Part shown: piece after piece, positions 1 to 12,428 of the stretch
Layout of the letters: each line of letters opens with the position of its first letter
Numbering within the stretch: position 1 is the stretch's first letter
From: Dipteris shenzhenensis
Taxonomy: Eukaryota
Assembly: GCA_047967505.1 (NCBI GenBank)
Contig: CM106538.1
Length of the DNA stretch: 64,000 nucleotides
Reading direction: 5' to 3' (one strand)
Translations under genes and position numbers: made by a program
The notes under the pieces: model-generated
What the model saw: the letters and a program-made list of their open reading frames with translations, nothing else
Database searches by the model: none
Told to the model about the DNA's origin: nothing

Positions 1-1039
1 CTTGAAAAAACCAGCCATACAAATCAGTCAGTGGATTGTGGTTCGTGGAAGAAATGCTAGAAAAAAGAATTGGTTGTCAACCAGCCTGTTTTCAGAGGCT
101 CACTGCCTAGGGGAATCTCTGAAACATGGGCTAGCAACCAAGGTGGAGGACTATACATTCATAGAATTCCTCGCTCCGTGAATACCTACAAGACGGTTGC
201 AGGCCAAACCTTACAGAAACACACCCATCTTTTGCCAGTAATCTGAGATCCTGATGTCCATGCTCCCATATGGCACACTGGGTGTGTATGATGTCTTGAC
301 AGAGGGCACCTCTTCGGGGGGAGGGCCTTGAGAGCCTCCTAGAGCTCCTCATCAGTGAAAGGGGCCTCCACTTGTCTACTCATGCTCGGGAGACCACTGT
401 CAGGATATGGGCCCAAAATTGCATGCCGGGTTGAAAGGACCTGAGGGGACTGCTCGTCAGATTGAAACAACTGCTGATAGAAGACAGTGGTCATCTCTAA
501 GATCTCTTGCGGGCTTGAATGCATGTGTCCTTTTGCTTCCCACAACTGCTAAAGATGTGTCCCTGCTGAGTTGAGGGTTACTGGTCTTAAAAATTTTATA
601 GTAATCATGTCTTCGTGCTGCATTCACTGTGCCCTGAAGGAGTGGTAAGAGAACTCGGCCCTGTGGATCTCCTTGGCCTGAAGGTCTAGCCGACTACCGA
701 AATTCTCGTGGCTACCCGATCCCCCACGTAGGATTTGTGGAGCTGCTCTAGCAGACCATCATGTTGCTGTTGACCAAAGGAGTAGCATAGATTTTGAGAA
801 TTCTAGAGAACTTCACCTCTCTTCAGGAGTCTCAACCACTGATCTTGGAGATGAGCTGCTCCCAAGTACTCCGCTTGGTAGAGGGTATCACCGAGAAGGA
901 GGCTCCACCTTGCTTATCCTCAAGCTCTAGATTGTTGAAGTCCTACATTAGAAAGACTCTTTGTAAGCCGCCTTCAGAAAGAGGGGTGCCATTTCTACAA
1001 GAAGGGCCGTAAATACTCAGGATCCTGGAGTCTCCCATT

Positions 1040-1241
1040 TGTTGGGGTAAAGGCACATTGCCAACCCTTCATTAAAAGATAGGACACCTATGACTGTCGT
1101 AAGACAGTCATAGGGTAAACCTAATCCTAATAAAACACAACTGAGTTTGTGGTGTGGCTCATCATTTTTCACACCCGCACTTGAGTGTCTCTCTCTCTCA
1201 CTCTCACTCTCTTGCTCTTCTTCCCCCTTCACTCCCTTTCA
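1040..1241 (+). repeat. 5' LTR of copia A
   Basis: TGTTGGGG...CCTTTCA; direct repeat of 7152-7353. Confidence 0.95.
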
Positions 1242-1243
1242 AC

Positions 1244-1255
1244 TGGTATCAGAGC
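1244..1255 (+). promoter_or_regulatory. Primer-binding site complementary to initiator tRNA-Met 3' end
   Basis: TGGTATCAGAGC, 2 nt after the LTR. The same PBS occurs at 20664 (+) and as a reverse complement at 18369, 19459, 36549, 38772 and 57655. Confidence 0.92.
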
Positions 1256-2942
1256 CATTCCCCTCCACTCCCTAGCCTACCCAACCCTCTGCCGTACGGA
1301 CGTACGTCGAGCTCCGTACGGCCGTACGTCATCCGTACAGTCGTACGGAACGCCGACATTGCACGGGCGGCGGCGCATTGGCGAAGGCGGGCTGCAGGGC
1401 GACAGCGTGGGCGCGGGCGCGGGCTGTGGCGTGGGCACGGGCGGCGACGCGGGTCGCGGGCCTCTTTGCATAGCAGCTGCTAGCTGCAGCTCGAGGCGCC
1501 GCATCAAGCAAGCAGCCAGCAGTTGCTACTAGCTGCTAAGCCTCTCGAGGCGTCGCGCAGCCTACTCCGAGGGCAGCCGTACGGACTGCCGTACAGCTGT
1601 ACGGACGAAGCCGCCACACTTGCAGGGAGTTACATCAGAGCTGTTTTTCGTTTTTTGTGCAGCCGGGAGGTACATTTTTTGTTTTTCGGGATCTGTGTCT
1701 GAAGAAGTTTGTTCTCCTTGGATCTGGCTGTTGCACAAGTACAGCAAGTACGAAAGTACAAAAGTTACATTCTTGTTTGGGGAAGAAAGAGAGGTGAAAC
1801 AGCATTCTGCTCTTCATTCCTCTTGCTTAAGGATCATTTTTCAGTTCACAGAACTGTGTTATCTTGAAAAGTACAGCAAGTACTTTCATTCATCTCATGC
1901 TTGAGGTGAAGAGAACCACAGTGTGTGGTTGATTGCACAGCTATTTTGTTCTGGGAAGGTAATGCCTTGATTTTGCAAGAGGACATATGCTTTTACTGGG
2001 TTTGAATCTCAGTTTACAGGTGAGCAGATCATAGGGCTTTTGCCCGGAAGGTGATGCATTGTATGCCTTGAGGCAGTGTGGTGCCAGAGAGCACACATTT
2101 GTCTTGATTTCCGCAGTGTCGAGGTGACATTTTCTTGCAGGTCACATTTCTTGTGCCACACTCAGAGAACCTCAGTTGAGCCACGCTTGGCCAGGGCGCA
2201 TCGAGTTTACTCGGTCCCTAACTGTCCATCGTTGACAGTGCTCAAAAGGTTCCTCATTGAGTGTTTGTACGTTGGGATCTGTGTATGTCATTTCTACACA
2301 GGGTAGTATATGCATTACACTGGTGGATGTTTTTGTCAGAGAGATTTTCATATTGCATGCTACCTCAGTGTTGAGGTGTTCTCCACTTGATTCAGGTGTC
2401 AGATCAAGGGGCTTTTGCCCAGACTTTGTTTGACAGTACTTGGGTTACCGACAGAGATCTTCAGATGCATTTTCTCCCCTTGGTATAAGGGTGATTGCTT
2501 GGGATTTATCCCATTTACTGTTGCAGGTTTTGTGACAGGCTGAAGTGTCATTTTTTTTTGGGTGTTTGCCAAGTGGTTTCTGCAATTTAACTCAGTGCAA
2601 TACCTCATCTGAGGTGGGAGAAGTGATCAGTACAGTCAGTACAGCAGTGTTTACAGCAGTGTTTGTGGTTTGTCAGATGATTATGCACTGTTAAGCACTT
2701 GTTGAGCAGCTGCAGCAGTCTGAAATTATTGTTTTTTTTATGCCTCTTTGAGCACAGTACAGTGTGTCAGAAGGTACAGTATTTGCAGGGTCATTTACTG
2801 TTTTGCTGCAGATTTTCCTGACAGTAAAAACAGCACCATTGAGAGTGCTTCTGGCTCTTGAATAGAGCAGGTTTTTCTGAGAAATCAGAATTTTTATTCA
2901 GTCTTTTTACTTCCAGGGAGTCAGGTACTTTCCTCATCTGAT

Positions 2943-5900
2943 ATGGCATCAGGGGGAGGTGATTCTTCAATTCTGAACATAAAGAAACTGGAAGGAGCAC
3001 ACAACTATGCATTATGGGCAGAACAGTGCTTGAATGTACTTCTGTTAAAGAAGATTGCTAAGCCCATAAGGGTGAAGGGTGTCAAGCCATCTGACATGGC
3101 AGCTGATGACTGGGAAGAGCTTGATTTGTCTGCGAGGGCAGCTATCATGCTCACTATTTCAGACACTCTTGTGTTCAATCTACAGGCTGAAAAGACCTCT
3201 TATGGTCTATGGCAAAGACTAGAAGAATTGTATGCCCAAAAGAGCTCAGCCAGTAAGGTTTATTGGCTGAAGAAGCTGGTCGATCTTCGCATGAAGGAAG
3301 GTACAGCTATGACCTCACACTTGAGTGAGTTCAATGCCATCTTTACACAGCTGATTGCACAGGGGTTGAACCTTGATGAGGAGTTCAAGGCTACTTTCTT
3401 GCTGTGTACCCTCCCCGAGAGTTGGGACACTTTCAAGACCACCCTGTCAAACTCGAATGTCACTCTTATTTATGCTGATGTAGAGAGCTCTCTCCTTATG
3501 GAGGAGATGAGCAGGAAGAATAATGCGGGCAGCAAGTCTTCAAATGCTTTGCAGGTACAGGATAGAGGCAGGACTCAGCAGAAGGGGAGATCTGCTAGTA
3601 AGTCCAAATCCCGCAGTCAATCCTGTGGCAAAAAGGATATTGAATGCTTTTATTGTGGCAAGAAGGGACATGTGAAGTCTAAGTGCTTCAAGTTCATACG
3701 GGATCAGAAAGCCAAGAAGGCTGAAACAAAGGATACAGGAAATGCAAGCAAAGGCAAAGGCAAGGCCAAGGCAGATGACTTGGATGCAGTGAATGTTGTA
3801 GCAGAGGACAGTGACAGTGACATACATGATGTTTTATGCTCTTCTGCTGTAATAGCACATGCTTTGGTTATTGATGGCCATGACATGCACACGTGGCTCT
3901 TGGATTCAGGTGCCTCTTTTCATGTTACTCCTCATAGGGAGTGGTTTACTTCCTACACAGGTACTCATGGAGTTGTTCATCTTGGGAACAACTATGCATG
4001 TCAGATTGCAGGGATTGGCAGTATACAGATAGTATTTCCTGATGGACGGTCATTTATGCTTGATGGTGTTCGCCATGTGCCGCAAATCAAGAAAAATCTG
4101 ATTAGCACTGGCTTATTGGATGACAGTGGTTACCACACCACATTTGGGGATTCCAAATGGGTGATTACTGATGGCCAGACTGTAGTGGCTGAGGGTTTTA
4201 AGAGTGATACCTTGTACCCTCTTTATGTTTCCAGTGTGGGTAATCATGTTGTTGCCATAACCGAGCTGCCAAAGGTTTCATTGTGGCATAGCCGGTTGGG
4301 ACACATGTCTGTTAAAGGAATGCAAGAACTGTCACGTTTGGGTTATCTGCCGCCTCTTTCTTTTTCAGATTTGCCTACTTGTGATCATTGTATATTTGGC
4401 AAGCACTCTGTCACTCCTCATAAGAGGAGAACTCCCCAGAATAGAGCACCACTTGATCTAGTGCACACTGATTTGTGTGAGATGCCACAGTTATCACTAG
4501 GGGGTGCAAAATATTTTATTACTTTCATTGATGATGCCACACGTAAGGTGTGGGTCTATTTCTTGAAGCATAAGGGAGATGCCTTAGATGCTTTCAAGAA
4601 GTTTGTTGCTCAGGTTGAGAATCGGACAGGTCGCAGGCTGAAATGCCTGAGGTCCGATAATGGGGGTGAGTATGTGTCACATGCTTTTGTGCAGTTTTGC
4701 CAAGCTAAGGGCATCAAACAGGAACTCACAGCCCCTCATAATGCATCTCAAAATGGTGCAAGTGAGCGTATGAATCGAACCATTTAGGAGAAGGTTCGAT
4801 GTATGTTGTCTTATGCTGCATTACCCCATGGCTTTTGGGCAGAAGCCGTGCAAACAGCAGTTCACATTATTAACAGGTCGCCAAACAAGGCTTTGGAGTT
4901 GAAAGTGCCAGAAGAGGTGTGGTCTGGCAAGCCACCTTCATATAAGCACTTACGTGTATTTGGCTGCGAGTGCTTTGCTCATGTACGCAAAGAACTACGC
5001 ACCAAACTGGATCCAAAGTCTATCAGATGCATCTTTATGGGTTATGGTGACGAAGGTGAAATGGGGTACAGGTTATGGGATCCCGTTAAACGGAAGATTA
5101 TACGCAGCAATGATGTCATCTTTAAGGAGGATAGTGTACACAAGGAACCCGTGCAACCTGTGGAATACAGGAGGGTTATTTATGATGATGTTGGACAGCA
5201 ACGAATGCCCATTTATATGCAGCAGCAGCCTGCTGCAGATAACCCTGTTCAAGAGGGTATACAGGCTGAAAATCAGCCAGATAATTTTGCCAATGATGCA
5301 CCACTGGATATGCCAGCAGATGGAGCTTTAGCACAGCCAGATATGGTGGTACAGCCACCTGTCATGCATGAAGAACAGGCTGGACAGCAGCCTAATCCGG
5401 AACATTTTGTTAGGAGGAGCTCCCGTGTACAACGGCCTCCTGCCAGGTTTGTTCCAGGAGCCAATAATGTGGCTGATTTTATCATGCTGACAGATTGTGG
5501 TGAGCCTTCCAGCTTCAAGGAAGCTATGGGAAGAACAGAGAAAAAGAAGTGGGAGAAAGCCATGCAATCAGAAATGGACTCCCTACTTCAGAATGATACA
5601 TGGGACTTGGTGCAGTTACCTGCAGGCAGAAAAGTTTTGCCATGCAAGTGGGTTTACAAAGTCAAAGTGGATTCAAATGCTTTACCGAGGTATAAGGCCA
5701 GATTGGTTGCCAAGGGATTTAAGCAGGAGAAGGGCATTGACTTTGATGAGATCTTTTCCCCTGTAGTCAAGATGACTACTTTGACAGCAGTGTTGGCTCT
5801 TGTTGCTCATGATGACATGGATTTATGTCAGATGGATGTGAAGACAGCCTTTCTTCACGGAGATCTCCATGATGAGATCTATATGAGTCAGCCAGAGGGA

Positions 5901-7052
5901 TATGCTGTTAAAGGGAAAGAGCAGCTTGTGTGTAAGCTCAAGAGGAGCTTGTATGGACTCAAGCAGGCGCCAAGGGAATGGTACAAGAAGTTTGATGCCT
6001 TCATGCAGTCCCAAGGGTATCATCGGTGTGAGACCGATCATTGCTTGTACACCAAACGGGCAAAGGATGGCAGTTTGATGCTACTCATTCTATATGTGGA
6101 TGACATGCTTATTGCCAGTAAATCTCAGCATGAGATTAGTGCTTTGAAGAAACAACTGCATAAGTCTTTTGATATGAAAGACTTGGGTGATGCAAATCAT
6201 ATTCTTGGCATGCGGATTACTCGTGACAGGTCCAAGGGACTTTTGTTTCTGTCACAAAAGGAGTACATTGACAAAGTACTGCAGAGGTTTAAAATGGAGG
6301 GGGGGAAGTCTATTAGTACCCCGTTGCCTCCACATTTAAAACTCAGCAGTAAGGACAGCCCCAGATCAGATGATGATAAGGCTGAAATGGCCAAGGTTCC
6401 GTATGCATCTGCAGTTGGATCTTTGATGTATGCCATGGTTGCCACTCGTCCGGATATTGCTTTTGCGGTGGGAGTCATCAGCAGGTATATGGCAAATCCA
6501 GGCAAGCGGCGCTGGGAAGCAGTGAAAGGTGTCTTGAGGTATCTCAAGGGTACCAAAGACTTGTGCATATGCTATGGTAGGCAGGATGCATTGGTGCATG
6601 GTTTTACAGATTCAGACTATGCAGGAAATGCAGATAACCGGAAGTCTACTACCGGTTATATTTTCACATTTGCAGGAGGTGCTATATCATGGGTGTCTCG
6701 GTTGCAGAAATGCGTTGCACTGTCAACCACAGAAGCTGAATATGTTGCAGCCACAGAGGCCTTCAAGGAAGCAATATGGCTTACTCGGCTGGTGGGAGAT
6801 TTGGGCATTACAGGAGATATGCCAGTTTTGCATTGTGATAGTCAGAGTGCTATCATGTTGGCAAAGAATCCGGTCTTTCATCAAAAGACCAAGCACATAG
6901 AAGTGAAATATCATTTCATCAGGGAGGTACTGGAAGACAAGCGACTTGAGCTTGTGAAAGTGCATACTGATGATAATCCTACAGATTTGCTCACTAAGAG
7001 CTTGCCTACAGAGCGGTTTGCACATTGCCGCCACATCATGGGATTAGGATGA
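2943..7052 (+). pseudogene. Copia A gag-pol polyprotein with one premature stop in integrase
   Basis: Motifs: CFYCGKKGHVKSKC zinc knuckle, WLLDSGAS protease, LWHSRLGH, DLVHTD/SDNGGEY integrase, LYVDDML RT, DSDYAG RNase H. TAG at 4785-4787 where sister copy B has CAG. Confidence 0.93.
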
Positions 7053-7151
7053 GACCATTCTTATTTTATGGTCTTGTATACAGTAACTGTATATTGCTGT
7101 AATTTTTATTCTTTTCTCCCCTTTAGGCACATTGGCCTTTAGGTGGGAGGT

Positions 7152-7353
7152 TGTTGGGGTAAAGGCACATTGCCAACCCTTCATTAAAAGATAGGACACC
7201 TATGACTGTCTTAAGATAGTCATAGGGTAAACCTAATCCTAATAAAACACAACTGAGTTTGTGGTGTGGCTCATCATTTTTCACACCCGCACTTGAGTGT
7301 CTCTCTCTCTCACTCTCACTCTCTTGCTCTTCTTCCCCCTTCACTCCCTTTCA
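7152..7353 (+). repeat. 3' LTR of copia A
   Basis: Direct repeat of 1040-1241, followed by TSD CCATT. Confidence 0.95.
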
Positions 7354-8999
7354 CCATTGGTAGGCGAATCCAGACTACACGCCCTCCAATAAGCTCTCCG
7401 TGATCAAACTCATTCGGGGCCAGAGATTGGGATACTGAAATGCAAACCCCTCCGCTCATGAGTCGTACCCATTGCTGGGGACCGCAACTCAGCACCTTTC
7501 ATTGGGAGGACTAGGTGGTGTTGTCTGATGTCTGGTGCTGAAAACATGTGCTCCTGAATCAAGAGGATATCTAGCAACTGTCCCACCATAGCCCTCTGCA
7601 ACTCCTGACAAAGTATCAACTGCTATGGTTGCTGCCATGCGTGATCATGAAGTTTGTGCAGGTTCGAACTCACCATGGTCCAGCTCATGGGGGAGGGGGC
7701 TTGGACAAACATGGCCTTCCTATGCGCGGAAGCCTGTGTAACAACTTTGGCCTTCTGAGTTTTTGGAGGAGGGTTGGATGATGAGAAGTCCATGTTCGTG
7801 CGGCCGGGCATGAAGGCATGACTGGCTCAAATTCCTACCTTTAGTGGGCATTGCATTAGGATTGGAGGCCGGAGAGATGGAGAAGGAAGAAAAAGGAGAG
7901 GTGGAAAGGTGAAGAAGAGGGGAGACTGTTGGTTACACCCACACTGCCAAAAGCAAGTAGAAGTCAGGCAAACAGAAAGATGAGGGCATAGGACCGATGC
8001 CTCCTAAGCCTTGCTGCTGAAGGCCTGCAGCACAAAGGGCAGGCTGGAGAAAGAGACAAAACAGCAGCTCCAGGAGCAGCTGGGGGCCCAAAACAGAGGG
8101 AAAAAGGCCCTCAGGTGGTTCAAACCAGGTCCGGGAAGTAGGGGCAAGAGAGGCAGCGGGGGGAAGACAGAAGGGGGCGGAGGCCACAAGCCGGTCAGCG
8201 GTGAGGAAGGAAGGCAGGGGGAGGTGCTGCAAAAAAGGAGGCTGGGGGGAAGGCGTGATGGGGGAGGCGGAAGGGGCAGAGGCAGGGTGGGCAGAGAGGA
8301 AAACAGTTTTTTGGGGGGGGGGGGGGGGGGGCAGCACGAAAGGCAACGAGGGGCACTGATGGAGGTGGAGGGAAGGCATGAGGGGGCTGGGCGGGGGGCT
8401 GTCGGGGGAGAGGCTAGGGAGCAGCAGAGCGTGGCGCATTTGATGCCAAAAAACTTTTTAGGAACAGAGACCTGACTTATCCAACGGATATTGCAATTGC
8501 CTTGCTTGCTTTCCATGAAAAACACAGATTTTTAGTGACTGCCGATTGTATGTAGGCTTTCTACAATTCCTCTTCTCTGTATCTCACATAACATATCCAT
8601 GTGCAGATGCCACAACTTGGTGGATTTGGTGTTGGTTTGAGCAGTCGAAGCCGATTCTTCTTGTGCAACACTTTCTTGTTCTTCTCTAAGGTGCCTACAC
8701 CTGATGACCAAACTCTACCTTCATTTTTTACCTTGTAGAAAGAAGATTTCTATACAGTTTAGGAACAAAAAGAACTTCATATAATACTTTAGTCTTACCT
8801 GCGCTATGATGAAAGTACATCGCCTTAAACCTTTATTGGACTGGTATTGTTTTGTTCCCGGATCCACTGACATGGTGTCTTCTACCTTAGCAGTCTCTCC
8901 ATGACAGCCCTCCACCCTTCAATCTCAGTGGGAGATTAGCTAGATTCAGTAGGACTAAGCAGTGTATGGAGCAAAGCCTTGAAGCATCCCATCAAACCA

Positions 9000-10430
9000 G
9001 GTGCTATGCTAGCCACGATGCAGTCAGAGGTGCTTCTCACGTGCGTCTTAGAGCACTAGGAAGCCTATGCCGCGGAAGAGTGTCTGGATTGAGAGGTAAG
9101 AGAAGATGAACCTGCAATTAGAGAACAGGACTGAGAAGCTGAAGAAGAGCGGGATCAAGCATTGATCTTGTCTTTTAGGAGCGCTTGATTGACCAAATCC
9201 ACTCCCATCAAAGTCCTCAATCGTAGGGAAGCTCAATTTAGACAGGCAGAGGACAACATAAAGTACATTCTCACTTCCATGCACTTGATAAGAGAAGCCA
9301 TTACTTGGACGTAGATATCTAATGATATGTCTGAAGCTTCAGGCCAAAGACGTGCGGCACAGGTTTTGAGCTTGCTCATAATTTTGAGCTATGAGCACGG
9401 GTCGCCGACCTAAAGCTTCATTCAACAAGAAGTATCAAGAGTCATCAGGCTGGGGGGTTTCAAAGATCTGCATCACTTCAATTAGCAAGCTAGAGAGGCA
9501 CAATAAGGAGTATCTCTGCTATTATTGCCATGAGACATGCCATGATAAGAAGCACTGTCCCCATTTGCATTCCTAGCTAGTGCCAGTTCTACCGCAGCCC
9601 CAAGAGCAGTCTTACTACCCTCATAGGTGGTAGAACAATAGTATTCTTAGTGCTCAGTCTCACCGGTTTCCGAAACTCAATAGATGAGAGAACCCTCCAG
9701 GTTAACTAGTCAAAGAGGTTCTTGTGTTGCGGACAAGTAGCAGGATGCAAGGTTACTATTCTTTTTGAGATGGTGGCAGTTTGGAGGATTTGCTAGACAA
9801 CCATGTGGTTGTCAAGCTCAATCTGCCCCTTGGAGCAGTTAGTCAAGGTGCTAAAGCTTCACAGTGCGTTTGACTATGCTTAGCAACGAGTGAGCATTAG
9901 AGCAGTAGCACAGGATATGGAGCTCTGCATCAGAAAAGCGGACCTTCATTATCACCCAGTTAGCCCCAGCAAACATTTTCTTAGGTGCACCATGGCTTGC
10001 GAATTAAGAGAGTTGTACCACTCCCCTCCCTTTGTGGTCGTGTGCTTGGTGGCACCACTGTCCACATACCATACATCCTTTGTCACGGAGAAGATGATGA
10101 CGTTGCAGGGCGGGCTAGGACAGGACTGACCTGCTTTGATATCATTTTAGAAACATGGTGTGAGGGAGAGAGAGAGAGGCTAGGGAGTGAATAAGTGATA
10201 CTCAAATGAAGACATGATGAAGGCTTTCATTGATTCATCAAGTATGACAAGACAAGTGAAGTACAAGCCTTATATAGGCTACTCACTCACACACTAGCAC
10301 CTAGTGTGTATGGGATAAGTCCCATGATGACACGTGGCACTCACATATGACTCACACACATAGACTAGTACTAGATCACCTAGTACTACACACCAACACT
10401 TCACACCAACACACTCTTTGACTATGATAT
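9000..10430. mobile_element. Heavily decayed LTR-retroelement remnants
   Basis: CX2CX4HX4C-like CYYCHETCHDKKHC near 9517-9558 (+), and an LTR-like segment at about 10158-10430 with TATATA ending in CCAACA. No partner LTR seen. Confidence 0.35.
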
Positions 10431-10439
10431 CTCCAATAC

Positions 10440-10810
10440 TCTAGGGCCTCCAAGTGTCTCTGCAGCCCCTCCGCTGAGGATGAGATAAGGACTATGTCAT
10501 CAGCGTATAGCAATATCTGTATCATGAGATCAGCCAGTAGTGATCCTTTGTCTCCTAGGCGGTCTATGAAAGAGGTGATCTCATCAATGTACAGCCTGAA
10601 GAGAGTCGGTGAGAGGGGGCGACCCTGCTTCACTCCGATCGTACTCTTGACCCAATCCGATAGGCCACCTGGGGCACGAAATCTGCCTCTGAATGACTCA
10701 TATAGGCTCATCACCCCCCATATCAGTGCCTCTGGAATTTGCAGCTCCTGTAGCCTCCTGATCATGCGGGATCATGGGACAGTGTCAAAAGCCTTCCGAA
10801 AGTCTACAAG
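10440..10810 (-). mobile_element. RTE-like LINE reverse transcriptase fragment
   Basis: DFRKAFDTVP, IGVKQGRPLSPTLFRLYID and LLYADD motifs. Confidence 0.8.
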
Positions 10811-11525
10811 AAGACCATGGAGCATCTTTGTGCTTCTACAAGGCATGGGCTACAAGTATATACTACATTTTCATGGATTGAGGAATTTGTTGGTTCTATA
10901 ACCCACCATAGTGGTGGTTTGCACCTACTCTTGGGTTACCTTAGGCAGTGAGCTGAAACCCAGAGAAGAAGGCTGCTAGACAGATTGTTTTTCCCTTTGT
11001 TAGTGCCTTGCAAATAGCTGATTTTGTATCATGTTTTCAAGTTAATATAGAAGGTTCTCTTTTTTGGGGAAAAAAAATTTAAAAAATGAGCAAGTTCTTT
11101 CAAATGCTGGTTTCTATGCATTTACCATATGATATTGTTACCTCATGACCTAGAAGGTCAGTTTTGTACATGTTAAAATTCTTATGGCATAGCCAGACTC
11201 ACTACATGGCAGATATGGTAATGTTCAGAGGCTGTAGATGGAACTTGGACCTTTGCCTCTTAATCTCTGTGTATTATCTTAACGGACATCATTCACACCC
11301 TCATGGCTAGGATTCACAGATCCTCTCATGCTTGGAGGGCATCTTTATGATGAGAGATTCTCTCTTTGAAAATAAAATAAAAGACTTGTGGTTTCAACAA
11401 TGTGGTAGTGATTGTTTTTTTTTTGGGAGGGGGGGGGTCGAAACCACAATGCTCCTTATTATTGTGTTTTAATCACTTTTTTGGCTATTTTTGTGTTGAT
11501 ATTTTTTTGCTTTTGGTTTGTGCAG

Positions 11526-11614
11526 AGCAACCACAACCTTTTGATTTCCTTGTGGATGGTGAATTGCTAAGAACATCTTTGGAACAGTTTTTGCTCAACC
11601 AGAAGATTTCTGCT
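11526..11614 (+). CDS. WDR12: WDR12 internal exon (NLE domain end)
   Basis: tgcag|AG CAA CCA...TCT GCT|gtatgt; encodes QPQPFDFLVDGELLRTSLEQFLLNQKISA. Confidence 0.9.
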
Positions 11615-11812
11615 GTATGTAATCTATTTTTTGCTATTCACATGAGCAGATTTGCTTGTGGGCCTTGGCTCACAACAATGTGAGCATTTAGAAAATAAAA
11701 TAAGTTATGACTTAATGGCATAATTTTGGCAATTCAAGTTCTTAAATTTTCAGAAGGTTTTTTTACTTGTGATAGTAACGTGGTTTTGGTTTTTCAATCT
11801 AATGCTGAACAG

Positions 11813-11919
11813 GAATCTATACTCCATATAGAGTATGCGTTTGCCGTATCTCCTCCAGAACGGCAAAATCCACATCCACATAATGATTGGGTCAGTGCAG
11901 TTGATGGATCTCATCTCAG
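11813..11919 (+). CDS. WDR12: WDR12 internal exon
   Basis: aacag|GAA TCT...CTC AG|gttag; encodes ESILHIEYAFAVSPPERQNPHPHNDWVSAVDGSHL. Confidence 0.9.
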
Positions 11920-11920
11920 G

Positions 11921-12108
11921 TTAGACTTGCAGTCTACGTAAGAGACATTTTGTGCTTTGGCCGGGAATTGAATTGGTTGAAAGCTGTAAAGGCCTTGTGC
12001 CCTTTAAGTTTACATAGACTTTGCAGTCTATGTCATAAAGAGACATTTTAGGTTTCGGCTGAGAATTGAATTGGTTGAAAGCTGTAAATGTCTAGTGTCC
12101 TTTAAGTT
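11921..12108. repeat. About 95-bp diverged tandem duplication at the intron start
   Basis: TAGACTT(T)GCAGTCTA...GAATTGAATTGGTTGAAAGCTGTAAA...CCTTTAAGTT occurs twice. Confidence 0.75.
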
Positions 12109-12109
12109 A

Positions 12110-12425
12110 ACACCTAGAGTAGTTACCTCAAACTACCCTTGAGCTGAAGATTAAGACCATCACATGAGCCTTGGCGTCCCATAGCATCAGAACACACCTC
12201 GGAGGATGTCCTGAGCCTAGACTAGCTCTCTAGGCCTTACAAGGAGATGTAGACTCATGATGATTGATGCCCAAACAATGAGCATGGGTGTGCTTATATG
12301 GCCCTTGCCCACATGGCAGATCCTCCTATTGGTTCATATACCCTCATACATACTGAGGTGTCAGGCCCTTAAGCTCTCCTCATTTGGGGGCTTACATGTG
12401 GGGCATTGATCCTATACTTCCAACA
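12110..12425 (-). mobile_element. Truncated solo-LTR-like fragment
   Basis: Ends in TTCCAACA and shares TCTCCTCATWTGGGGGCTTACA with the terminus of the 1-kb LTRs at 29635-30619 and 38784-39783. Confidence 0.5.
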
Positions 12426-12428
12426 ATT

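Larger units (their letters stand above)
1040..7353 (+). mobile_element. Ty1/copia LTR retrotransposon A, full length and young
   Basis: 202-bp TG..CA LTRs at 1040-1241 and 7152-7353 (two differences seen). 5-bp TSD CCATT at 1035-1039 and 7354-7358. PBS TGGTATCAGAGC at 1244-1255 and PPT AGGTGGGAGG at 7141-7150. Domain order gag-PR-INT-RT-RH. Confidence 0.97.
1..8460 (-). mobile_element. Degenerate L1-like LINE, split by copia A; continues left of the window
   Basis: Minus-strand fragments resemble APE endonuclease (ILLIQEH, 7410-7619) and the EN-RT linker (FYQQLF...APFTDEEL, 339-545). A pyrimidine/proline-rich 5' region lies at about 7930-8460. Many stops; boundaries approximate. Confidence 0.6.

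Noticed and set aside
1244-1255. tRNA gene
   Set aside because: Only the 12-nt complement of a tRNA-Met 3' end (PBS); no cloverleaf or A/B boxes.
4785-4803. Programmed stop readthrough between the two ORFs of copia A
   Set aside because: The stop is inside the integrase core and sister B has CAG there, so it is a point mutation.
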